The position numbers and the translations under genes were made by a program. The notes beneath the pieces were generated by a model. That model ran no database searches. It saw only the letters and a list, made by a program, of their open reading frames with translations, and had not been told where the DNA came from. This document shows, piece after piece, positions 44,301 through 49,619 of a stretch of 49,619 nt of DNA. Origin of the DNA: an uncultured Verrucomicrobiota bacterium. GTDB taxonomy: Bacteria; Verrucomicrobiota; Kiritimatiellia; RFP12; UBA3636. Position 1 is the stretch's first letter. Each line of letters begins with the position of its first letter. The DNA lies in assembly GCA_946534105.1 (NCBI GenBank), contig CAMNCG010000003.1:1-49619 (forward strand), written 5' to 3'.

Positions 44301-46561
44301 CGACCAACAGGTTGCCGCACGGTGTTCGAAGTATATGCCCGGCCGTTACGGTTTTCGGAGACATAGCGAAAATCGACTGAAGCCACCGCACCTGCATCGT
44401 ATTTCCAGCAGTCGTAATAGGTCGAACTGGCCGACGTTCCCGACCCCGGCATCTTCTTCCAGCGGTCACGATAATCAGTACCGAAAGATTCCAATCCAAT
44501 GGACGGCATCAGTTTTGCAACCAACTCGTTAGGCTCGGTTAACGACAAGGCGTTCGACACATTGAAACTCCCAGCGAACCCGAATGCCGTGGCCGTAGCC
44601 GTAAAGAGTTCGGGCCGAAGATTCTCTTCGTCGTGGAAACCGGAAACCAAAAACTCTTCAGTCCAGTAAATCGTCTCGCCGTCCAACTCGCTGGTATCCC
44701 CGCCTGCACTGACAACAAGTTGCGTGCTAACGTTGTCTCCTGAAAATTCCGCCGTAATATCCACAAGCGCATTCATAACGGTGACGCCGATTTTGAGCGA
44801 CAGCGCCGACGCGACATCTATGCTCTGACCATCGTTCATGCCGCCGGGCGTAGCTTTTCCTGTAGCCGATTCCCAGACGAAGTTCGTACCGGCCTGCGTC
44901 CAATCTCCACCATTGTCATGGAGGCATCCCGTGGTCTCGAACCGCCCTTCCATCGACACCTGCCGTTCAGATTCAACGATTCCACTCGCGTTCACAAGTC
45001 TGACAGCGACATTGCCACCCATCGTCCAGTTCGAATTCGTGACGGCGAGAAATCCAAGTCCGCGTCCGCCGTCCACAAATGTCGCATCCAGACCGCTGGC
45101 GACTGGAAACTCCGTCCCGTTGTCAGCGACAATCTTCCAGCCATGAAAGGACCGACCCGCCGGAGCCGCAATCTCGACCCACTTTCCAGGGCCGTCAACC
45201 TCGTTGATCCAAACGCCTCCGAGACCTCCGACGACATTTGTCACTGATCTGGTTTCGGGACTCGCCGTCTCCAGTCCAAGTTCAGAGTTATATGTGACAA
45301 CAACTTGCAAAACATTTGTTTCACCCGCCTCCAGAGCGGCGCCGCTCCACAGGGACGACAAGGGGCCGTTTGTCCATGAGCCACTCTCCTCCATGAACAG
45401 TTCGACCGCCTTCGTCGCCACCCCCGACGCACGGGTGCGGGAATTCGTCACAACGACGGACTGGACAACCGCGTCGGACGATGCGACAATATCCGAGAAG
45501 AAATGGGGGTCATCATTCGGGAGAAGGAATGCCGCATCGGCTCCATCCAGCCGGAATCCAAGCCGTGAGGGAGTAGCGCGAGTCTCATACGATATGCTCA
45601 CGTTGCGAATCGTCACATTGGCTCCTGTGTACCCTCTCGCGGTCGCAACGAAACCAAGCGACGCATTCCCATTTCCCCCAAGACCATCAATGTTCGCGAC
45701 GCACGTGACGGGTATCCATCCATCCTGAGTTTGATTATCAGGCGATGCGTCTGCAGATGTTGGTATGCCAATTTCAATATAGGAAGCGCCCCCATCAAGC
45801 GAAATTATGGGAACCACCGAGTCGGCTGCGCCCGTCCTCTTGAGTTCAAAGGAGACAACGATGCAATCACTTAGTGGATCGTCTATGGGCGGAATCAGAA
45901 AACAACGGCAGGACGCCCCTTCGTAAATGTAGGCAGTACCCGCGCGAAGTCCCTCTGTGGAATTCGCCCATGCGATTCGGTTGGCCGAGGCTGTCGTCCA
46001 AGACCCGGTAGAGCGGTGGTTCGCCGTAGTAAGAATCCCGTCGACCGAGTTGGTGCAGGGCCAGATATCGACCGTAGCGGCCGACGTAGTGCGAAGTTGC
46101 CGCCCGATGTAGACGTCATCAATCCATAGATACGGTGATGTTTCCGCTGCGTCAAAGGACACCATCGCCTCCACCGACACCGATACATCAAATGCAAGGG
46201 TTGCCGGAAGATGCTCGGTGATCCGGTTCCAGCCAGACGATGGCTCGACGTTTACCGTCGCAAATGGAGACGACTCGCCTTCAAGGCGCAAAGCAACCGT
46301 CGCGGCCTTTGCTCCCGAATAACGGCAGAGAAACGATACGGCGCCATTCGCCGAAATGGTCGTCTCCCCGAAGGACTGCCAACTTCCCCCCGCCGTCACC
46401 TTGAAGACCGTGCCGCGCGACGCCTCCGCAACGACACGTGCCCATCCGTCGGCAAGCGTGTCAGGGTAGGATGTTGCTCCATCCATATAGACTGACGCAT
46501 TGGCGGATGAGACGGAAAGGAGGGCGATAGACGCAAGACCGACGGCGATGCGGGTTTTCAT
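35315..46561 (-). CDS. Giant surface protein/adhesin (about 3750 aa): lamin-tail-like, FN3, many bacterial Ig-like and InlB-B-like repeats
   Basis: Signal peptide from ATG 46561; VWINEV..WVEI and WVNEL..WIEF; repeated VTFSE.V...F.V.NG...D.AGN; ATPNAGYYLSGW. Confidence 0.9.
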   Translation of the reverse strand: MKTRIAVGLASIALLSVSSANASVYMDGATSYPDTLADGWARVVAEASRGTVFKVTAGGSWQSFGETTISANGAVSFLCRYSGAKAATVALRLEGESSPFATVNVEPSSGWNRITEHLPATLAFDVSVSVEAMVSFDAAETSPYLWIDDVYIGRQLRTTSAATVDIWPCTNSVDGILTTANHRSTGSWTTASANRIAWANSTEGLRAGTAYIYEGASCRCFLIPPIDDPLSDCIVVSFELKRTGAADSVVPIISLDGGASYIEIGIPTSADASPDNQTQDGWIPVTCVANIDGLGGNGNASLGFVATARGYTGANVTIRNVSISYETRATPSRLGFRLDGADAAFLLPNDDPHFFSDIVASSDAVVQSVVVTNSRTRASGVATKAVELFMEESGSWTNGPLSSLWSGAALEAGETNVLQVVVTYNSELGLETASPETRSVTNVVGGLGGVWINEVDGPGKWVEIAAPAGRSFHGWKIVADNGTEFPVASGLDATFVDGGRGLGFLAVTNSNWTMGGNVAVRLVNASGIVESERQVSMEGRFETTGCLHDNGGDWTQAGTNFVWESATGKATPGGMNDGQSIDVASALSLKIGVTVMNALVDITAEFSGDNVSTQLVVSAGGDTSELDGETIYWTEEFLVSGFHDEENLRPELFTATATAFGFAGSFNVSNALSLTEPNELVAKLMPSIGLESFGTDYRDRWKKMPGSGTSASSTYYDCWKYDAGAVASVDFRYVSENRNGRAYTSNTVRQPVGRANRWLKTSVLAKNNGAQAPGDRVAVALSEPDALARTNAWLAMSHPVGNYYSGFPKNVWVQTTQLMPLPEGATNDYCVVLNAFAGGYTGVDLYIDDLYLSFQDWAAVTNCTPVKAMPIAGQPYLADWTLEVGEGGATGLRVELWAERVRAGVTTTNSATIFQADAIAAGSYANPVLADGAVSEGGSIDLYSAAGWTDDFLHEGDQFSYWFKVVFDTNNGALQEEFQTDVSYFPDNASYANGIWSVTGEYGPRPDPAVTAWGPQEAWVNELHFDGADSWIEFAGRVYGTGVAEGPSSADIGGWKAVVLDASGAALSTTTLSSTAPLDGLRHDDVADNVGFYVLSGLALPTVGGLKVIDAEGAIRYAMCWGGSVPGCDVIYDGEPSSGKSLSAIGSGTPANATFWQEWVVQNGTEGDKNVGQSLENAAPKDATIEVSAYRVDGLDLAVLASDIDKPVEYSIAGVNVPSEWMTNASYTVSGLSQNTEYTYTLSARDALEATTNAAASATAWTLLGEWSLSWAAESTNSVVFTAGIDNLGEGETKWGRDAASVTTPDATVTGGSGPNTSIGTLTFVAQNGAGVLSADEKSVSTAYTKAAAPGAAPVATADPDAGIWISFAMPEEAIADETGPFAAVRNGNPTSTEYALRAWLYRMGGDESKPEAVDWVPGAADPASSGVEPGAGTWQTLDAWTNTFATAHWEYDITPTNIVFAFVARNHGDFPVESVSEATSSAHFELAVTTGTKAQRKDGSGVVDLRGVQIVNPFTNVVESLRLEFSSDSGATWRQATLSSVASGSAEYVTASGAAANIPVPTGRTELSAVWEAKTDIGDVDAEGVPLRWIAETDNASLADKPAEAGSIRLYFAPPTIRSITPENGKERFSKADSVPFAVTFDSPVSNLTAAAFTVANGSVSSVSPASGLTNAFTVYVKPSDAEAPSLEIGVSAVAAGGALDDFGNASTAWSGSATTTYDGKAPVPTLSSDADGGKQKTDTFTVTVSFDEAVTGLAKEDFTVANGTATALAGSGKSYTLTVKCAANSAQEGAATTVTLAADKCEDAAGNGNAAAAQPISVTYDTTKPVPTLASTADGKKQKTDTFTVTVSFDEAVTGLAKEDFTVANGTATALAGSGKSYTLTVKCAANSAQEGAATTVTLAADKCEDAAGNGNAAAAQPISVTYDTTKPVPTLASTADGKKQKTDTFTVTVSFDEAVTGLAKEDFTVANGTATALAGSGASYTLTVQCAANSAQEGVATTVTLASGKCQDAAGNGNAAAGQTISVTYDTTHPKPTLSSAANGKKQKTDTFTVTVSFDEAVTGLAKEDFTVANGTATALAGSGASYTLTVQCAANSAQEGVATTVTLASGKCQDAAGNGNAAAGQTISVTYDTTHPKPTLSSAANGKKQKTDTFTVTVSFDEAVTGLAKEDFTVANGTATALAGSGASYTLTVQCAANSAQEGVATTVTLASGKCQDAAGNGNAAAAQTISVTYDSTPPAADSFTSATPAYFNASASPMVVLATFNEPLDGNPVPTVANGTAVVASSAGEYTITVTPTAERAVTVTLPAGSFRDAAGNGNTASPAAITRIFDTTAPVVTLSNTPPDTTSAGDFAIAVRAVDANAGGGLSFAWVVRDGGNAVVRSGDASDATGAFSAQGSGLGEGAYTFSATATDAAGNVSEAATCEWSVTRAKPTVYITAPAQQPVKGDTATFTVTFSEAVYGIDTSDFEVLGGAIKDNSFKSVAATAPSVAYEVQVQATRPGTTVGLALAAHVCTNALGIGNAAATAATCEVDYTAPVIGPLSVAPLRAKTGAPVTYSFDVVDVNLDTVAVANQRVEAAAPSAAGVTHCTFATTATSNATFTIAATDTAGNATTNNSVSSTLVVDTTPPTVTWSGLPDDNSTNDATIVIATLESVSDGEDDPDPNVRVAWSLLRLAGNGEEETVASGEDWATTNSPVRAQATLGAGDWAFDWQAWDTAGNTSSVERISWTVADVPDPVVGKIVAGVTNAVFEVPGDASGEDVAKWLRLNNVDIEDVDVSYDSNSATTTVSVATSPLAPERATVELVVPAGAMGNTNEWSATASVAALPPAPRLEYVGRRLDDPNILEWKLWNVDSMPDAGAFAVTDAKTGAPHTYQGRDPVAQPWTTNGYDCATVTNIFPTSGENSYTIQVFEMGKDSRAAMEAFVWDSRRATDKNSSWMADAFVDHRLVYTDPASGIAVTNVGPAEVNLAMKAYGGFFKLNKATTTNKNEYVGYRVNVRGGSQTAIGEYEYCNMADGELQSEDRAWGYRLGDGARGKQVKFERKMGDNMAVVALHGTGEPEFNKLPIWSSTPAMDIRRIEWVCVPSNSSLPTNSIAGITEATIAIRQQGGATTNSWTTNLTWTAAQAKTRGFVYSIDVPNIVGGRVVLSNVKTTKSVSGASSEAYEIMLSEFAMFGAPVNTNDWSAPQVVSIKRSDTLASLPTNAVFTVAFDRPVRYAGNEDGLTPNAAEVDFDTSKLDFVVPRGSDLDATGAYFSATRLSDTEVEIVVTGLSGEGDAALVVEAGFAKTPGGVANAAATGPVESFDAVVPTVTAEKISEADRATAAATGILRFGLDLSEPATGLDLSSFTLTGGTASAELLSIANGTETGTNYVVTARVTGGNAGDPVSLALRPTVLTDLAGNTNVVSATWEDAYTLTNATSAAVPTVTLAAGTGGTVSPLGTVAAVGGALSATATPNAGYYLSGWTGATPASATTNAATGEVTASFTVLADGTVITANFAEIGSVEVTASAGANGSASWTGTVSVPKGGSTNVLFTAGPGYYVSKVNGQNTTGQPTSVLHAFSNVTQPQSATAEFAKIPDVTIAVTNGAGSVPWTTNVVYNADWSHAFTAAEGKRIASLTVNGAALPAAAGAASYTLQLFGVIEDATVSVTYRDNEEPPEPSGFTMSNLRWTGFDPSTGVATFTATAEGEAPETVSVLWVSSPGSATTNTAENCELSLDGGKGSVSGVPTDENALFLVGLKITEE
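39863..41408. repeat. 309-bp (103-aa) tandem Ig repeat, 5 copies in two sub-types
   Basis: GTCGTAGGT recurs every 309 bp. First two copies read GKSY/VKC/DKCE, last three GASY/VQC/GKCQ. Confidence 0.95.
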
Positions 46562-46592
46562 GACGGTAACCAATGCAAAGGTACGGAGCTAG

Positions 46593-46650
46593 AAAAAAAA
46601 CAAGAAAAGCCACCCCTTCCCCGCCTTAGGCGAACACGGGAAAGGGGTGG
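46593..46650 (-). terminator. Intrinsic terminator after the pilin gene
   Basis: CCACCCCTTTCCCG...GGGGAAGGGGTGG stem followed by CTTTTCTTGTTTTTTTT on the minus strand. Confidence 0.75.
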
Positions 46651-46725
46651 TGAATGGTCATTGTTCAGACAGCGCTAATTGTGGTGTAGCCATGTGGCAG
46701 GCAACGACCTACCAATTTTTCGGCA

Positions 46726-47547
46726 TTACGGGGTGGATGTAGCAGTTCCAACCTTGGGGAACTGCCAATTGGATCCCGTACCATCAATGAGCGCCTGGAT
46801 GGCACTCAACTGTTTAGGCTCAGTTGTAGGATAGGCAAACAACGGGCAACTGCCGGTGGAAGCAATTTCGGTTCCAAGATTGAAATGAATCTGGTTGTTG
46901 CCATCCCCGGACAGGCCCTTCCCGTAGTACTTCCACGTTCCCACCAGTTTGTAGCCTCTTTCGTTAACAGTAGCGGGATCATTTTGGTTTTGTCCAGGCG
47001 TGCTGCTGAGCTCCACCAGGGGAAAATAGTATTCGCAAACGGCATATCCCGTTCCCTGCGGAAGCCCGCCCTTGCGACCGAACATCCCGATGGCATAGCC
47101 GTACCCGGCGTCGTTTTTCAGGACTGCGAATTCCATCTGGTCAGGCGTCACCTTCTTCCCGATGAACTCGTTGAGCGAAAGCCCCATTCTTGACAGATAA
47201 TGCGTGGTCACGGCGGTTGTCGGAGCATTCCCGGCTGTGTCAAGCTTTCCTTCCTTTACCGTAAACTGTCCGTTGCCCTCTTTGGTGATGCGCGTAACCT
47301 GGGGGAAGTCCGTGGCGGCAAGATCCGGGTTGCACGGCAACGCATTGTTCTCATACATATACAGTCCGATCTGGGTGCGGATGTGGCCAATGAGGGGGAT
47401 GGGCTCGGCGGCATACTGCGCCTCGACGACATAGCGCTGGAACATCGGCAGCAGCGTGACGGCGAGGATCGTGACGATGAGGATGACGACGAGGAGCTCG
47501 ACGAGCGTGACGCCCGCGCGTGCCGTGTCCTTGATTTGTTTGATCAT
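46726..47547 (-). CDS. Type IV pilin (prepilin N-terminal cleavage/methylation motif)
   Basis: MIKQIKDTARAG|VTLVELLVVILIVTILAVTLLP with G-1, E5 and P22. Confidence 0.92.
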   Translation of the reverse strand: MIKQIKDTARAGVTLVELLVVILIVTILAVTLLPMFQRYVVEAQYAAEPIPLIGHIRTQIGLYMYENNALPCNPDLAATDFPQVTRITKEGNGQFTVKEGKLDTAGNAPTTAVTTHYLSRMGLSLNEFIGKKVTPDQMEFAVLKNDAGYGYAIGMFGRKGGLPQGTGYAVCEYYFPLVELSSTPGQNQNDPATVNERGYKLVGTWKYYGKGLSGDGNNQIHFNLGTEIASTGSCPLFAYPTTEPKQLSAIQALIDGTGSNWQFPKVGTATSTP

Positions 47548-47647
47548 GGTTTTTGTTTGTTTTGGTTTGCGGCGGGTTTTGTCGGAGCAACCCGGCCGCC
47601 GCGGCCGGAAAGACGCCCTGCGCCGCAATGCGCGGCGACGGAAGGGA

Positions 47648-47676
47648 AGCATAGTGGCGGGGCGGGGCGGCGGCAA
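47648..47676 (-). promoter_or_regulatory. Sigma70-type promoter of the pilin gene
   Basis: TTGCCG-17 nt-TATGCT, about 100 nt upstream of ATG 47547. Confidence 0.6.
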
Positions 47677-47758
47677 TGACGCGACGTGTCGCTTTTTTGC
47701 GACAAGCGCGAAAGTCCCCCTCGCGGCGCGCTTCGCGCGCGCGAGGCGGGCTTGAAAC

Positions 47759-49045
47759 TCACGCGGAGGGCGCGGAGTCTCCCTCGAGGAGCCAGTTCGG
47801 CGCGTCGACGATGCGGATGCGCTGGCCGGCGCGCGTCTCCTCGCCGCCTTCGCGGTCGGTGACGAGCAGCAGGTCCGGGCAGTTGAGCGCCCTGCCGGCG
47901 GCGAAGAGGGCGGAAAGCTCCCGTTCCCGCGTTTTCCGCGAGGAAATGTCGTAGGAAACCTGCACCAGGCGGAACGGTTTTCCCTGGCGTTCGAGAACGA
48001 AGTCGATCTCGCAGGAGGGCGTTTTGAAATACGAAATGGAATAGTCGTCGTTTCCGCGCGACGCCTGCAGCTGCGCGAAGACGAGGTTTTCGAGCCGGCG
48101 TCCGAGTCCTTCCTCCGAATCGGAAACGCCGGTGAAATACGAGACGAGCCCGTTGTCCGCCGCGTAAATCTTGCCGATGCGCGTCTTCTCCCATGCCTTG
48201 CGCCCGAAACGCGGAAGCATGTCCACGAGCCGGCTTTCCGCGAGGAACCCGAGGTAGTTCTGGATCGTCGTGGACGATGCGGCGGAAAGCTGGTTGGCCA
48301 AGCGCAGGGACGACGCCTCGCGGGCGAAATTCGACATGACGGCGAACGCCACGTCCGAAAGCAGGCGCTGGTTTCGGACCTTGTGGCGCTTCAGGATGTC
48401 GCGGACGAGAATGGAATCGTAAAGGGCCTTGAAATACCCGCGCTTGTCGGAGATGCCGAACGTTTCCGGGAATCCGCCGTCCCGGAAGTACGCATCGTAG
48501 TCGCGCCGCAATTGGGCGCGCCATTCGGACCCGCCGGACGCTTCCCGGCGAAGGAACCGCCGGCACTCCGCAAACGAGAACGGCTGCAGTTCGACCGGAA
48601 CGAAGCGTCCGGTGAGGTGCGTGGCCAGATCGGAAAAAAGAAGTTTCGAATTGGACCCCGTGATCACCAGATGGATCCTTCGCCGCAGAAGGCGGTTGAC
48701 GAACAGTTCCCACGCCGGAACGTTCTGGATTTCGTCGAGATACAGCACGTCGAACGGCCCGTAGACTTCGAGCGCCGCTTCGAACACGTCGTTCAGGTCC
48801 GCGGCCTGGATTCCGTCGAGCGCTTCGTCGTCGAAATCGACGTAGCCGAACGGCTTGCCGCCCTTTTTGAGCGCCAACCGGCACAAAGCCGACTTCCCGC
48901 ATCGGCGGATGCCCGTCACGATCTGCGCGACGGGACTCTCCAAATCCACGCGGCCGGACGCCGCGCGGTCGATGATGGCCGGATCGGACATCAGGATCTG
49001 CAGTTCCTCCTTCTGGTTGGAAAGAATTCTGGCATAGTCTCTCAT
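47759..49045 (-). CDS. AAA_14 family ATP-binding protein with DUF4143 domain
   Basis: GIRRCGKS (Walker A), LYLDEIQ (Walker B), ITGSNS, GGFPE, KIYAADNG, LENLV, EIDFV. Confidence 0.92.
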   Translation of the reverse strand: MRDYARILSNQKEELQILMSDPAIIDRAASGRVDLESPVAQIVTGIRRCGKSALCRLALKKGGKPFGYVDFDDEALDGIQAADLNDVFEAALEVYGPFDVLYLDEIQNVPAWELFVNRLLRRRIHLVITGSNSKLLFSDLATHLTGRFVPVELQPFSFAECRRFLRREASGGSEWRAQLRRDYDAYFRDGGFPETFGISDKRGYFKALYDSILVRDILKRHKVRNQRLLSDVAFAVMSNFAREASSLRLANQLSAASSTTIQNYLGFLAESRLVDMLPRFGRKAWEKTRIGKIYAADNGLVSYFTGVSDSEEGLGRRLENLVFAQLQASRGNDDYSISYFKTPSCEIDFVLERQGKPFRLVQVSYDISSRKTRERELSALFAAGRALNCPDLLLVTDREGGEETRAGQRIRIVDAPNWLLEGDSAPSA

Positions 49046-49070
49046 TGCATGGGTTCCTTTCCTTCAAAAC

Positions 49071-49121
49071 CTATCAAAATTCCCAGTATAATGCAAGAAT
49101 AAATCAAAATAATTCCCAGTA
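49071..49121 (-). promoter_or_regulatory. Putative promoter with overlapping direct repeat upstream of the ATPase gene
   Basis: TTGCAT-17 nt-TAGGTT in an AT-rich tract; ATACTGGGAATT occurs twice. Confidence 0.45.
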
Positions 49122-49269
49122 TGCTGGAAGCATTCCGAAACAGAGAAACCGCAATCGCTTCGCGACGCGACCTTTTGGGCGGAACCGGCATTCGCCCCCT
49201 TCGCCGCCCGAATACCGGCATTCGCCGGCGGCGCGGCGGGCGGCGCGAAGCATACTTGACTACGGGCGC

Positions 49270-49510
49270 TTAAGGTCGAATGCCAAGGCGCTTCAACTCA
49301 ACGGCGACAAACGGAGATTCCCTCTGCAAGCGGTCGCGCGAAATTCTGCCATGGATGAAATCGTCGAAGTCATCCACGCGGCGCTTCCGCAACTCGGATC
49401 GGTCCAACTTCAAAATCTCGATCGTTTTCCGACACGCAGACGCATACGCTTCGGGAAGGTCCGGCGAAGGAATGATTTTCCCCGTGACGAAAAGAATCCG
49501 AAACACTATC
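49270..49510 (-). pseudogene. Possible C-terminal remnant of an HNH-associated protein
   Basis: TGKIIP...TIEILKLD...R...PFVAVELKRLG resembles tails of HNH-type proteins; no HNH core in any upstream frame within the window. Confidence 0.3.
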
Positions 49511-49619
49511 ATCCCATAGAAATGCAACGAACCTCCCCCGATAACGCAATGCCGATGGTTTCCATTGCGTAGGGGAGGCGTAAGCATGCGTTTCGTGGAT
49601 TGTCGTGCTTGCGCGGGCC

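Noticed and set aside
1-49619. tRNA or rRNA genes
   Set aside because: None recognised by eye; intergenic spaces are short. A covariance-model scan would be decisive.

Overview
High-GC window. The protein families look PVC-like, probably Kiritimatiellia/Verrucomicrobia (inference). Every credible cellular gene is on the minus strand; the only credible plus-strand genes are two insertions. In transcription order the window holds: an AAA/DUF4143 ATPase; a type IV pilin; a 3.7k-aa Ig-repeat surface protein; an FGE-fold protein; a CARDB surface protein; a C10 cysteine peptidase; two paralogous three-gene cassettes (secreted subunit, chaperone-like protein, DxDGDG-repeat anchor) separated by a membrane protein; an FN3 surface protein; a relic of a third cassette; three glycosyltransferases; further paralogous membrane proteins; an ECF sigma factor with a frameshifted Ser/Thr kinase; a membrane-fused uncleavable pilin paralog; and two Yip1-like membrane genes. 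Most striking: (1) in each cassette the anchor repeats the mature N-terminal beta-strand of its own subunit, suggesting an undescribed usher-less donor-strand fibre system; (2) a RAYT/Y1 HUH transposase element is flanked by an exact 112-bp duplication, and its 31-bp end recurs alone at gene-truncation junctions; (3) a duplicated promoter plus MNAPMVGA uORF is coupled to two genes next to the ECF; (4) a DUF559 gene sits in palindromic repeats that are read in-frame by host genes. All family assignments come from motif recognition by eye, not database searches.
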